NCBI GenBank assembly: GCA_039590175.1
Contig: JBDHFW010000006.1
Coordinates: forward strand, 23,403-87,402
Direction of reading: 5' to 3'
Source of the DNA: Gemmatimonadota bacterium
GTDB lineage: Bacteria > Gemmatimonadota > Gemmatimonadetes > Palauibacterales > Palauibacteraceae
Length of the DNA stretch: 64,000 bases
The position numbers and the translations under genes were made by a program. This document shows, one piece after another, positions 46,313 through 56,828 of the stretch (positions within the stretch are counted from its first letter, which is position 1; every line of letters begins with the position of its first letter). The notes beneath the pieces are model-generated. The model ran no database searches. It was not told where the DNA came from and saw only the letters and a program-made list of their open reading frames with translations.

Positions 46313-47605
46313 ATGAGCGGCAGTTGGATGACCGGCGGAATCCAGCTCTTGCGACAGCCCCTCGCGCAGGCGTTGTGGATCGCACTGCTCATCTCGACGA
46401 GCTGCAGCCGAACCGACGGACCGGGCGAGAGATCGGGAGGCGGCGTGGGCTCCGCCGACGATACGGGCGATCCAGCGAGTTACCTGTACGTGTGGGCCGC
46501 GGACGACGATGGGTCAGAGAGCGATTTCGTGGCTGTCATCGACGTGAGGCGCGACTCCCCGACCTATGCGGAGGTGATCACGACCCTCGCCGTCGGCTTC
46601 GGCGGCCGGGCGCACCACACCGAACACGCGATGCCCGAGAGCGGGATCCTTCTCGCCAACGCGTTCGACGCGGGCCTGACTTTCCTCATCGATTTCAACG
46701 ACCCCGAAGCTCCCTCCATGGCGGGCTACTTCGCGGAAGCCGGCGAATACCACCATCCGCACAGCTTCGAGCGCCTCCCGAACGGGAACATCCTCGCCAC
46801 CTTTCAGAGACGCTCTCGGCCGGGCGGCGGCTCCGTGGAGACGGGAGGCCTGGTCGAGCTGGATCCGTCCGGCGTCCCGATCCGGGCGGGGAGCGCCGCC
46901 GTCCCCGAGTTGGATCCCACCATCCGACCCTACAGCCTCTGCGCCGTCCCCGGGCTCGACCGCGTCGTTACCACCAGCACGGACATGGCCGGCGTACTCA
47001 ATCCGGCGGTGCAGGTTTGGCGGCTCTCGGATCTCTCCCTACGAAGCACGGTCATTCTGGAGCCCGGCGCTCTGGGATCCGAGCACCTGGGCACGGCCGA
47101 GCCCAGGCTGCTGGCCGACGGGCGGACGGTGCTCGTCTCCACGTTCTCCTGCGGCCTCTACAAGCTCGCCAACCTGGAGGAGGAGCCAACGGCCAAGCTC
47201 GTGTACGCGTTCCCGCAGCAGGAAGGCACATACTGCGCGCTTCCCGTCGTGACGGAGCGATTCTGGATTCACACGGTTCCGGCCGAGCATGCCCTCGTGA
47301 CCCTGGACATCAGCGATCCAAACCGGCCGGTGGAGGTCGCCCGACTGACGCTCGAGCCCGACGACGTGCCGCACTGGATCAGCCTGGAGCCGGGCGGCGA
47401 ACGGATCGTGATCACGGGGTACGCAGGGCTGGCCGGTCGGGTGTTGCTCGCGCGGCTGGATCGCGAGACGGGCGAGCTGGAGCTGGAGGTGAGCTTCCGG
47501 GAGCCGCTGGCCGGGCGCCCGGGAGTGGATCTGCGTCGCGCCAGTTGGCCTCACGGAGACACCGGGCCGGCCGCTCCGCACGGGGCCGTCTTCAGTCGCA
47601 ACTGA
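46313..47605 (+). CDS. Selenium-binding protein (SBP56 / methanethiol oxidase-like) family lipoprotein
   Basis: LLISTSCS gives a lipobox. YLYVWAADDDGSESDFVAVIDVRRDSPTYAEVITTL...HHTEH...YHHPHSF has the beta-propeller signature of the SBP56 family. Confidence 0.65.
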   Translation: MSGSWMTGGIQLLRQPLAQALWIALLISTSCSRTDGPGERSGGGVGSADDTGDPASYLYVWAADDDGSESDFVAVIDVRRDSPTYAEVITTLAVGFGGRAHHTEHAMPESGILLANAFDAGLTFLIDFNDPEAPSMAGYFAEAGEYHHPHSFERLPNGNILATFQRRSRPGGGSVETGGLVELDPSGVPIRAGSAAVPELDPTIRPYSLCAVPGLDRVVTTSTDMAGVLNPAVQVWRLSDLSLRSTVILEPGALGSEHLGTAEPRLLADGRTVLVSTFSCGLYKLANLEEEPTAKLVYAFPQQEGTYCALPVVTERFWIHTVPAEHALVTLDISDPNRPVEVARLTLEPDDVPHWISLEPGGERIVITGYAGLAGRVLLARLDRETGELELEVSFREPLAGRPGVDLRRASWPHGDTGPAAPHGAVFSRN

Positions 47606-47741
47606 GCGGCGTCGGATCCGTGTCCGTCGGCCTCCGGGAGCGGGGGATTGCGCGTTGCGAACGGGCGGCGCCGACCTCATCCTCCAGCCACCCCTCGCGA
47701 TGACGCGGGCAGAACAAGCCCCCAAACGCCCGGAGGTCCAC

Positions 47742-48362
47742 ATGCGCTCCACCCATCACGTTCCGACGTGGCTCGCCTCGCTCATCGTCCTTACGTCGAT
47801 CGTCGGTCCGCCCGCGCTCGCGCAGACACCGACCGCAGACGTACAGGTCGCGGCGGCCACCCTCCCGCTGCCTGATGAGATGCGGGCCGAGGCTACGGTG
47901 ATCGGGTGGAAAGAGTCGGGCGAGCGCACCGATCTTCGCGAAGGCACCAATGGCATGATCTGTATCGCGGACGAGCCCGGCGACGAACGATTCAGGGTGG
48001 TGTGCTATCCCGAGGCGCTTCATCCCCTGCTCTCGCGAAGCCGAGAGCTGCGTGAAGAGAACCTGGAGGAGACGGAGAGAGACCGGCGCCTCGAGGAGGA
48101 GGTCAAGGCCGGCAAGATCGTGCTACCCGAGCAGCCGGCCGTGCTTCACGTGATCAACGGGCCGGCGGGCAGCTACGATCCAGCTACCGGGCAGGCGAGC
48201 GGCGAGGTAAGCCAGCTTCGAATCATCTTCACGCCCTATCAAACCGCCGAGGCGATGGGCCTCCCGACGGAGCGCCAGGGCGGTATGCCCTGGGTGATGA
48301 ACTCGGGGGAGCTGTTCTCCCACATCGTGATCGTTCGCGGGGGCGACGAGGAAGGAGGGTAG
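47742..48362 (+). CDS. Hypothetical secreted protein
   Basis: MRSTHHVPTWLASLIVLTSIVGPPALAQTP is a signal peptide. The mature 180 aa are unassigned. Confidence 0.5.
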   Translation: MRSTHHVPTWLASLIVLTSIVGPPALAQTPTADVQVAAATLPLPDEMRAEATVIGWKESGERTDLREGTNGMICIADEPGDERFRVVCYPEALHPLLSRSRELREENLEETERDRRLEEEVKAGKIVLPEQPAVLHVINGPAGSYDPATGQASGEVSQLRIIFTPYQTAEAMGLPTERQGGMPWVMNSGELFSHIVIVRGGDEEGG

Positions 48363-48421
48363 CCCTCCGGAGGCCTGCTCCTGGCGGGGCGGGCGGCAAG
48401 AGCCCCCCACGCGGATCGGAT

Positions 48422-49624
48422 CTACTCGCCTCCGGGGAGCTCGCTGGGATCGAGTCCGCAGCCACTGGCCGCGTAGTGTCGGAGCGTACCGTCGACCATT
48501 CCCGAAATTTCCTCGTACGCCTTCACCTGACGGTACGGCACCTCGCGCCAGCGTGCGACGACCCGGGACATGAGCAGGTGCGCGCTGTCGATGCTCGTGT
48601 ATTGTGTGTTCAGCTCCTCACAACCGGTTTCCCCGCTCTCGAATGCGGCCCTCACCATCTCGTATTCTCCGATGAGGAACGTGAGCTCTCCCTGAAGACG
48701 CGTGAACTCGAGCACCTCCCGCGTGACGGTCTCGCTCGCACCCGCGTCGCTCTCCGCGACCTCGCTCGCCTCGGATTCGAGATTCGAAGAGGAGCCTTCT
48801 GAAGAAACCGGCCCGACGTCCACGACCGATTCGGTCTCCGCGCCTTCCACACCGGGCTCGGCCTCCAGAACGCCGTCGGCGTCCTGCCCCCCTGATGGCT
48901 CCTCCGTGAGCGAGGCTCCGCCTGCCGCATCGATCCCGGACCCGGCTGTCGCCGTCGCGGCAGGAAGCGCGTTGTCCTCCAGCCAGGGGATCTCGAGCTT
49001 CCCGAGCTGGACGAGGGCCACAGCGCCGATCGCGACGAGGCCCACGAAAAAGACCGCGGCGCCCAGCAGGCGGGCCCCCAGACTTCGGTCGTCGATCAGC
49101 TCTTCAGCCGTGACCGGATCACCCGCTCGCGGTCTCGGCTTGGCATGGCGAGCTCCAAGCCCCCCGGTCAGGTCGCGGACCTGCCCGACGGCCTCGCGCC
49201 AGAACGCACCGGCCAACTGGCGCGCTTCTCCGACCTTCTGCTGCGCCTCCCGTGCCCACTCCGCGGTGGCATCCCGCCTCCTGGCGAAGCGCTTGTCTGT
49301 CGGGCCGGAGGCAGCGTCGACGGCCAGCTCCATCTTCTCACCGGCCTTCTCACCGGCGATCGCGGAGGCCGCCGCAGGCTGCGAAGCGACATCGGGCCCG
49401 GGCGGAGACCCGTTTTGTCCAGTTTGTCCAGCGTCGGGATTCGTCGGATCCGAGGACTCCGGGGAGACGCTATCGGGAAGCGGGCTTCCGAGTTCTCGCC
49501 ACTTGGCCTTCTTGGCCTCGGTAAGCTCCCGGAGTCGGGACTGCAGCTCCATGAGCCGGTCCATCGAATCGGGCTCCTGGACTCGTCTCTCGCTCATTAC
49601 GACCTCGAGCGCCCGTGTCGTCAA
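48422..49624 (-). CDS. Hypothetical membrane-anchored protein with an N-terminal coiled-coil and a C-terminal globular domain
   Basis: TM segment LLGAAVFFVGLVAIGAVALV. Acidic linker. C-terminus EVLEFTRLQGELTFLIGEYEMVRAAFESGETGCEELNTQYTSIDSAHL.... Confidence 0.45.
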   Translation of the reverse strand: MTTRALEVVMSERRVQEPDSMDRLMELQSRLRELTEAKKAKWRELGSPLPDSVSPESSDPTNPDAGQTGQNGSPPGPDVASQPAAASAIAGEKAGEKMELAVDAASGPTDKRFARRRDATAEWAREAQQKVGEARQLAGAFWREAVGQVRDLTGGLGARHAKPRPRAGDPVTAEELIDDRSLGARLLGAAVFFVGLVAIGAVALVQLGKLEIPWLEDNALPAATATAGSGIDAAGGASLTEEPSGGQDADGVLEAEPGVEGAETESVVDVGPVSSEGSSSNLESEASEVAESDAGASETVTREVLEFTRLQGELTFLIGEYEMVRAAFESGETGCEELNTQYTSIDSAHLLMSRVVARWREVPYRQVKAYEEISGMVDGTLRHYAASGCGLDPSELPGGE

Positions 49625-49952
49625 AAAGTATCGGGTCGAGATCTCCAGGGATCCCGCCCATGATAGGGCCCTCCTGCGCCGCTTGGACCCTCGCCGGTTC
49701 GCCGACGGGCCTGTAACCGCCTGCCGTCACACGAATTGAAGGTTCCGGTCTTGGAGGCACGACTGCGTGCACTCCCCGTGACCGGCCCTCGAGATAGTCA
49801 CGTGGAGCCTGAGGCCCACCTTCAGGAGTGCAAATTCAAGACCTACCAGCAAGGCGAATTCGCGCGGCGGCAGGCGGCAGGGCTAGTCTTGGCCCCTCGC
49901 CGGGTCCGCCGCGAGGGACCCGGTCGGAGCCACGTGAGCCGGACGCTGCCGA

Positions 49953-51371
49953 TTGAGCACCGTAGCCCCCGACGAATCTCCGGAACGCCCTTCGGGCCTT
50001 TGGGCGTCGATCCGAGAAGCGCTCAGCGGCAGCGAGCGGGATTACACGGAAGGCAGCCTGAACCGTGGCGTCGCGCTGCTCGCCATCCCGATGGTGCTAG
50101 AGATGGCAGGGGAGTCCGCCTTCGCGGTCGCGGACGCCTTCTTCGTCGCGCGCCTGGGGGGCGAGGCGCTCGCTGCCGTAGGCCTCACCGAGTCCGTGCT
50201 CGAGGTCATCTACGCGATCGCGATCGGGCTCAGCATGTCAACGACCGCCATGGTGGCCCGCCGGTTCGGCGAGAAGAACGAGCGAGCCGCGGCCAGGACC
50301 GCCGTGCAGGCGATCGCCGTCGGAATCGCGACGTCCATCATCCTGGGAGCCGCCGGCGTCATCTGGGCGCCTCAGCTGCTTCACATGATGGGAGCCACGC
50401 CCGAGACCGTGGAGATCGGGACCACGTATACCCGCGTCATGTACGGCACCATGGGCGTCATCGTCCTCCTCTTCCTGAACAACGCGATCTACCGGGGAGC
50501 GGGAGACGCTGCGATGGCGATGCGCTCGGTCTGGCTGGCCAACGGCATCAACATCGTCCTCGATCCCCTGTTGATCTTCGGTCTGGGGCCCTTCCCGGAG
50601 CTCGGCCTCACCGGAGCCGCGGTGGCCACCACGATCGGACGCGGTACGGGCGTTGCCTATCAGTTTTGGGGCCTCTCCCGCGGTCGGCGGCTACGAGTAG
50701 GAGCGTCCGACGTACGCCTCGACCTGCCGATCGTGCGGCGCCTCCTCCGCATCTCGGGCGGCGGCGTGGGGCAGCTGCTCGTCTCCCAGGCGAGCTACAT
50801 AGGCCTGATCCGAATCCTGGCCGGCTTCGGCACCGCGGTGCTTGCCGGCTACGTGGTGGCGATCCGCGTCGTCATCTTCATCATCATGCCGGCCTGGGGC
50901 CTGAGCAACGCGGCCGCCACGCTGGTCGGACAGAACCTCGGGGCCCGGAAGCCGGAGAGAGCCGAACGCGCGGTGTACGTCACGGGCGCGTGGAACATGC
51001 TGTTCATGGCGGTCATCACGGTGCTCTTCGTGACCTTCGCATCCCAGATCATCGCACCCTTCATCGCCGAACCGGTGTCACACGCGTCCGGGACCAGCGC
51101 TTTGCGGATCATCAGCTACGGGTATGTCTTCTACGCGTGGGGGATGGTGATGCTGCAGGCGTTCAACGGGGCCGGCGACACCGCCACCCCCACGAAGCTC
51201 AACTTCGTCATCTTCTGGCTCTTCCAGCTCCCGCTCGCCTGGATACTCGCCCGGACGCTGGGGCTGGGGCCGGTCGGCGTTTACTGGGCGATCGCCATCG
51301 CCTACTCGCTCTCGGCGGTCATCGGCATCCTGCTCTTTCGCCGCGGCAGGTGGAAGGAAACGGAGGTCTGA
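49953..51371 (+). CDS. MATE-family efflux transporter
   Basis: 472 aa, 12 TM. RGVALLAIPMVLEMAGESAFAVADAFFVARLG. Internal repeat halves. Confidence 0.85.
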   Translation: MSTVAPDESPERPSGLWASIREALSGSERDYTEGSLNRGVALLAIPMVLEMAGESAFAVADAFFVARLGGEALAAVGLTESVLEVIYAIAIGLSMSTTAMVARRFGEKNERAAARTAVQAIAVGIATSIILGAAGVIWAPQLLHMMGATPETVEIGTTYTRVMYGTMGVIVLLFLNNAIYRGAGDAAMAMRSVWLANGINIVLDPLLIFGLGPFPELGLTGAAVATTIGRGTGVAYQFWGLSRGRRLRVGASDVRLDLPIVRRLLRISGGGVGQLLVSQASYIGLIRILAGFGTAVLAGYVVAIRVVIFIIMPAWGLSNAAATLVGQNLGARKPERAERAVYVTGAWNMLFMAVITVLFVTFASQIIAPFIAEPVSHASGTSALRIISYGYVFYAWGMVMLQAFNGAGDTATPTKLNFVIFWLFQLPLAWILARTLGLGPVGVYWAIAIAYSLSAVIGILLFRRGRWKETEV

Positions 51372-51449
51372 ACTGGACTCGGTCGGGGCAAGCTCCCCAT
51401 CTTCATTCAACCGCAATGCCGGCCCTCGAGCACGCCGCAGGAGGATCCA

Positions 51450-51953
51450 ATGAGAAACCGCTTCACCACCTCGGTCACGCTGATCGCGGGCCTGACGCTC
51501 GCGGCCTGCCAGCCCCGGGACACCGAGACCGCAGCCGACGCCCAGGACGTGACGCCGGACTTCGCCGTGATGAACGAAGCGTATGACGCGGCGACGAACG
51601 CCGGCGACGCGGAGGCCATGGGCATGCTGTACGCCGTCGACGCCGTCTCGATGCCGCCCAACGCCTCGCCTTTGGTTGGCCGAGCGGCCATCATCGCCGA
51701 CGCGGCCGAGAACTTCGCGGCCATGACGCCCAACCTGAACAGCAGTACCGAGGGCCATTATCTGGTGGGCGACATGGCTGTCGAGTGGGGCACGTACCTG
51801 CTCGCAGGCACGCTCAAGGACTCGGACGTCGCCGTCACGGAGGAGGGCAAGTACGTGGCGATCTGGAAGTTGCGGCCGGACGGTTCCTGGCAGATCGTAC
51901 GTGACATCTGGAACTCGAATACGCCGCCCGCCATGGAAGGCGAGAGCGAGTGA
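51450..51953 (+). CDS. DUF4440 / SnoaL-like (NTF2 fold) lipoprotein
   Basis: LIAGLTLAAC gives a lipobox. GKYVAIWKLRPDGSWQIVRDIWNSN matches the DUF4440 C-terminal motif. Confidence 0.7.
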   Translation: MRNRFTTSVTLIAGLTLAACQPRDTETAADAQDVTPDFAVMNEAYDAATNAGDAEAMGMLYAVDAVSMPPNASPLVGRAAIIADAAENFAAMTPNLNSSTEGHYLVGDMAVEWGTYLLAGTLKDSDVAVTEEGKYVAIWKLRPDGSWQIVRDIWNSNTPPAMEGESE

Positions 51954-51987
51954 AGACGGCCCCGGCGGCCGGGTTCGGCGAGCCGAG

Positions 51988-52251
51988 GTGAGCGGGAGGA
52001 AGATCGGCGTCGGCGCGCTGGTCGTACGCTACGCCTCGCGGCTTCGCTTTCCCTATCTGTTCCTGGCCACGGCGATCCTGTTCATGGGTGATCTGATCTT
52101 CCCCGACCTCGTGCCGTTCGCGGACGAGATTCTGCTCGGCCTTCTCACTGCCCTGTTCGGAACATGGCGCAGGAGGCGGGTGCCGGGCTCGAGGAATCTC
52201 GCCCCCGACGGAGGCGATGCTGGACCGTACGACCGTCAGGAGTCAGACTGA
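51988..52251 (+). CDS. Possible small membrane protein; start uncertain
   Basis: VGALVVRYASRLRFPYLFLATAILFMGDLIFPDLVPFADEILLGLLTALFGTWRRRR has two hydrophobic helices. Overlaps the 3' end of the upstream gene in another frame. Confidence 0.3.
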   Translation: MSGRKIGVGALVVRYASRLRFPYLFLATAILFMGDLIFPDLVPFADEILLGLLTALFGTWRRRRVPGSRNLAPDGGDAGPYDRQESD

Positions 52252-52293
52252 GGCTGACTCGAGGTGTCATCCGAAACGAACAAAGGAGTACAG

Positions 52294-54199
52294 TGTGAAA
52301 GCCGCACGAGCGCGCCGCGCCATCCCGCTGCTTGCCGCCGCCTTGTTGGCGCTTCCGGCGGGAGCCGCCGGGCAGGACGATGGAAACAAGAAGGTCGTCC
52401 GCTCACAGGACGATATGCCCCGCCATACGTACGAGATCGACTACATCCCCAGCACGCTGTTCGCGTCGCGCGAGGCGTTCATGCCGTTCGCGGAACGCGT
52501 AGCGGCGGACGCCCGGGAGGTGCTCGCCACCTACGAGATCGAGGACCGAGCGACGCTGAGAAGCCTCTACAGCCTGCTCCAGGGCCTTGCGCTGCTGAAC
52601 GGCGACTTCGATCAGGCGCTCGTGTACAGCGACAAGATCCGCGAGCTGGAGGAAAAGCCCGCCGCGAAGCTGATGTCCGGACTTGTCGTGCACGCCATCG
52701 CGTACGCGGCGACGGGGGCACCCGAGGGCGATCCGGCACGCAACGCCGCCTTCCGGACCGATTTCGCCGCGTCCGTCGGGGAGCTGCCCTGGGACGTCGT
52801 GCAGGATGACGTGGAGGCGATGAAGGGCTCGATGGAGATCATCAGCGAAAACCTCTTTCTCGGGATCATCCAGAACCAGATGGACCCGGCCGTCGAGAAG
52901 ACCGGCAACGTCAGCGGCGATATGGCCGACGGCCTGATCAACATGCGCACCGCCGTGGACCTAGTGCTGCCCTATCGGGAACAGATCGTCAGCGTCCTTC
53001 AGGCGTACATCGAGAGTAACCGGACCGAGAAGCCCGACATCTGGGCAGCCCGGTCGGTCGACCTCAGCGCGAGCGCCGACGCCCAACCTGTGCTCGTGGC
53101 GATCTGGGATACCGGTGTGGATCCCGATGTGTACGGTGATCGGATGTTCTGGAACCAGGCAGAGCAGCTCGACGGCGTGGATAACGACAGCAACGGTTTC
53201 GTGGACGATATCCACGGGATCGCCTTCGAGTGGGACGGTACGAAGACGACGGGAGCGCTCTACCCGCTGGCCGAGACCGCCAGGGCACGGCTCCCTCAGA
53301 TGACGGAGCAGATCAAGGGCCTGAACGACCTCCAGGCCGGGATCGACAGCCCGGAATCGCAGGCTCTCAAGCAGCAGATGTCAGGGATGAAGCCCGATGA
53401 AGTGAAGCCCTTCATCGAAGAGCTCGGCCTGTTCTCCATCTACGCACACGGGACGCACGTGGCGGGCATCGCGGTGGAGGAAAACCCGGGGGCGCGCGTG
53501 CTGGTGGTGCGCCAGGCCTTCCCGTACGAGATGATCCCGCCTCCGATGTTCAAGGAGGATGCCGAGCGTTGGGTCACCAACATGACGGAGATCATGACAT
53601 ACCTTAGCCGCCACGGCGTGCGGGTGGTCAACATGAGCTGGGGCTTCAGCCCGCCCGAGCTCGAGGGCATGTTCGAGGTGAACGGAATCGGGTCGGACTC
53701 CGAGGAGCGGAAGGCGATGGCCCGCGAGGTGTTCGACATCATGACCGCCGGCATGGAGCACGCCTTCAAGAGCGCGCCCGAGATCCTCTTTGTCCCGGCG
53801 GCCGGGAACTCGGACACCGACGCCACCTTCGACGAGTTCATCCCGTCGTCGATCGAGCTTCCCAACGTGATCACGGCCGCCGCGGTCGATCAGGCCGGCG
53901 AGGAGACGAGCTTCACGAGCTACGGGCCGACCGTAGACGTGCACTCGAACGGCTTCGAGGTCGAGAGCTACATCCCGGGCGGCGACCGCCTGCCGCAGTC
54001 CGGCACCTCGATGGCGGCACCTAACGTGGTGAACCTCGCGGCGAAGCTGATCGCCCTCGACCCATCGCTTACGCCGCCGGAGGTGATCGCTCTCATCGAA
54101 GACGCGACCGAGGAGAGCGAGAACGGACGGCTGCGGTTGATCAACCCGAAGCGCTCGGTCGAGTTGCTGATGGAGCGCCGGAACGCCGGCATGGAGTAG
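52294..54199 (+). CDS. Secreted S8-family serine peptidase (subtilase) with a long N-terminal pro/helical region
   Basis: Signal peptide KAARARRAIPLLAAALLALPAGAAGQ. VAIWDTGVD carries the Asp. HGTHVAGIA carries the His. GTSMAAPNV carries the Ser. Confidence 0.85.
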
Positions 54200-54231
54200 C
54201 CCAGGAACGGGATGTGCGCCGGGGCGCCGCT

Positions 54232-55005
54232 TCAGCGGCGCTCCGTCACCTTCGAGCAGGGATCGACCGTGCTTCCCACGACGGCCGCCGCAGCCGGGGT
54301 CATGGCGGGATCCCTCTTCGGGAGAAGAAAGCACACGCGCTGGCGCACCCAGACGCCTACCAGCTGATCGCGCATGAGCGCCGGAAGGAACTCCATGCGG
54401 TGAGCCAGCTGTAGGGCCGCCTCGTCCATTCTCGGCCACCCGCTCGAACCCTCCACCCGGACTTTCGAGACCTGTCCCTCCTTATCGATAAAGACCGCGA
54501 GCTCGACGGCGCCCTCGATGCCGGCCCTCTGGAGCTCCAGCGGATAGAAGTACCACACCATGCGCCCGAATTGGTCGCGGTTGCCGAGCAGCGGCGGGAC
54601 ATCGTAGCGGACGAAGCCTACATCGGCTACATCGGCGCCAGCCACCTCCACGTCCGGGGGCGGACCCACGTCCACCATCTTCCCCGAAGCCGCGACCGAG
54701 GCCTGGATTCCCAAGTCGTCATTGAACGTGACCGCGGGCGGTAGCGGTAGCCTCGGACGAGCCACAAGCTCCGGGGGCTTCGGGATCCGCACCAGAGGAG
54801 GCAGCTCGAGCGTGGCGATCGACCACGCCGGTGCCAGCTCATAGGGAAGCCCCGGGATGCTCAGCAGACCGAGCACGGGGTGAAAGGTGAGATGGAGGCC
54901 GGCCGACAGGGCCAATCCCCACGCGAGCGGCTTCCGGAAGCGCCGTCCCGCGCGCACGGATGCCCGGTTCCGCCAGCCGTCCGACCGCCGATCCGAATCA
55001 TCCAC
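54232..55005 (-). CDS. TonB-family protein (energy transducer, C-terminal TonB domain)
   Basis: N-terminal TM LAWGLALSAGLHLTF. Proline-rich PPLVRIPKPPELVARPRLPLPP. C-terminus YPLELQRAGIEGAVELAVFIDKEGQVSKVRVEGSSGWPRMDEAALQLAHRMEFLPA. Confidence 0.75.
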   Translation of the reverse strand: MDDSDRRSDGWRNRASVRAGRRFRKPLAWGLALSAGLHLTFHPVLGLLSIPGLPYELAPAWSIATLELPPLVRIPKPPELVARPRLPLPPAVTFNDDLGIQASVAASGKMVDVGPPPDVEVAGADVADVGFVRYDVPPLLGNRDQFGRMVWYFYPLELQRAGIEGAVELAVFIDKEGQVSKVRVEGSSGWPRMDEAALQLAHRMEFLPALMRDQLVGVWVRQRVCFLLPKRDPAMTPAAAAVVGSTVDPCSKVTERR

Positions 55006-55009
55006 GCGG

Positions 55010-56398
55010 CTAGATCCTGGCCGCCACCGCGTGTTTACCGAGCTTCTTTACCAGCTCCCACACCGGTCCGGGGAATCTGTGCAGCGCGTCCATCGTCTTC
55101 TCGAAGCCATTGAGGAACCACTCCGCGTCGGACTCCGTGATGTTGAGAGGGGGGAGAAGCTTGACGACGTCCATGTGGTGGCCGGCCACCTGAGTGAGAA
55201 TGCGGTGGTCGTCGAGGAGGGGGATGACGATTGCCTGGGGGAAAAGGTCCGGACTGATCTTGTGGGTGGTCGCCCACGCACCGCGAAGTCCGAGTCCCTT
55301 GGGCTCGCCGAACTCGATGCCGATCATCAGGCCGCGCTGCCGGACCGCGGTCATGAACTCGAACCGCGGCATCATCGCCTCGAGCCCTTCCCGGATCATC
55401 CCCCCGATGCGCGTCGCGTTCCCTGCGAGATCTTCTTCGTCCAGGACCCTGAGCGACGCCAGGCCGGCCGCCATCGCCAGGTCTCCCATGCCGAAGGTGC
55501 AGGCATGCCGGACACCCTGATCCATCGACGTGTACATGGCTTCGTGCACGTCGGCTCTGGTGACCATCGCCCCGACCGGCACGTACCCGCCGGACAGGGC
55601 CTTCGAGATCAGGACGACGTCCGGCTGAAGGCCCTCGACCCACTCGAACGCGAACGGTTTTCCGGTCCGTCCGAGTCCCGTCTGCACCTCGTCGCACACG
55701 AGCAGGGCGCCGTGGCGCCGGCAGAGCTCCTCCGCCTTGCGGAGAAAGTGGTCCTCCGGAATGTAGACGCCCTTTCCCTGGATCGGCTCGAAGATGAACA
55801 GGGCGATGTCGCCGGCGGCGAAGGCTCTCTCCAACCCGGCGTAGTCGTTGACCTCGACCTCCACGCCCGTCGGTAAGGAGGGCTCGAAGCCTTCACGGAA
55901 GGCCGCGTCCCCGTTCAGGGCCAGAGCCCCGGTCGTCAAGCCGTGGAACGCGCGGTTGAGGTAGACCATGCCGTGCTTGCCCGTGGCCACGCGAGCGAAC
56001 TTGATCGCCGCTTCCGTGGCCTCGGTACCCGAGTTGCAGAAGTAGACTCGATCCAGCCCCGCCGGGAGCCGTCTCGTAAGCTCCTCGGCCAGGAGGGCGG
56101 CGAGCGGAGGGGTGTCGAAGGCCGCCCAGTTGGGAAGATCGGCGGCCAGGGTGTCGCTGAGCGCTCGGCGGATCACGGGATGGGCTCGACCGAAATTAAA
56201 GACGCCCCAGCCACTCATGAAATCCAGGTACTGCGTCCCATCCTCGTCCCAGAGGTAGGGTCCCTTTCCCCGGACCCAGCGTCGATCGAACCCTATCGTC
56301 CGCAGCATCTTCGCCCACATCGGGCCGACGTGCTCCCGGTAGAGCTCGTGGGCTCGCGGTCGGGTTTCTTCGAAGGCGCGAGGAATGTTCAGATCCAA
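55010..56398 (-). CDS. Class III (acetylornithine/GABA/omega) aminotransferase family protein
   Basis: FCNSGTEATEAAIKFAR, LLVCDEVQTGLGRTGKPFA and LISKALSGGYVPVGA carry the PLP lysine. The start is probably TTG/ATG internal to the 530-aa track ORF. Confidence 0.85.
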   Translation of the reverse strand: MDLNIPRAFEETRPRAHELYREHVGPMWAKMLRTIGFDRRWVRGKGPYLWDEDGTQYLDFMSGWGVFNFGRAHPVIRRALSDTLAADLPNWAAFDTPPLAALLAEELTRRLPAGLDRVYFCNSGTEATEAAIKFARVATGKHGMVYLNRAFHGLTTGALALNGDAAFREGFEPSLPTGVEVEVNDYAGLERAFAAGDIALFIFEPIQGKGVYIPEDHFLRKAEELCRRHGALLVCDEVQTGLGRTGKPFAFEWVEGLQPDVVLISKALSGGYVPVGAMVTRADVHEAMYTSMDQGVRHACTFGMGDLAMAAGLASLRVLDEEDLAGNATRIGGMIREGLEAMMPRFEFMTAVRQRGLMIGIEFGEPKGLGLRGAWATTHKISPDLFPQAIVIPLLDDHRILTQVAGHHMDVVKLLPPLNITESDAEWFLNGFEKTMDALHRFPGPVWELVKKLGKHAVAARI

Positions 56399-56573
56399 GG
56401 ACTCGCTCCAGTGGGAACGCCTGTCGCCGGCGCTTACCGGACGGCGCCAGCGGCGCTCGTCGGGCGCGCTTCGCTCGCCGGTTCGTCGATCATAGCCGGC
56501 CGCTTGGGTCGACGCGAACGTCGACGCAATGTTAAGATTCCCGATCGATCGGACATCCGCCGGAGGAGGCCAC

Positions 56574-56828
56574 ATGCAGGAGCAACTCATCGGCACGGTC
56601 ACCCACTATTTCGACAAGCCCCACGTCGGCGTCGTGCAGCTGGTCGCGGACCTCAACGTGGGGGACACGATCCACTTCCGCGGTCACACGACCGATTTCG
56701 AGCAGACCGCTACGTCGCTCCAGGTCGAGCACGGCCCCGTCGAGAGCGCCGCCGCCGGGAGTGAGATCGCCATCCACGTGGACGAGCGGGTCCGTGCGCA
56801 CGACGAGGTCTATCTCGTCGCGGACTGA
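56574..56828 (+). CDS. Hypothetical small protein
   Basis: MQEQLIGTVTHYFDKPHVGVVQLVADLNVGDTIHFRGHTTDFEQTATSLQVEHGPVESAAAGSEIAIHV looks like a beta-barrel. Its 3' end overlaps the ppdK stop convergently. Confidence 0.4.
   Translation: MQEQLIGTVTHYFDKPHVGVVQLVADLNVGDTIHFRGHTTDFEQTATSLQVEHGPVESAAAGSEIAIHVDERVRAHDEVYLVAD

Noticed and set aside
49736-51586. 616-aa plus-strand ORF overlapping the MATE gene
   Set aside because: It is an alternate frame of the MATE transporter region. It is extremely Arg/Gly/His-rich. The 49953-51371 frame gives a clean 12-TM MATE protein.
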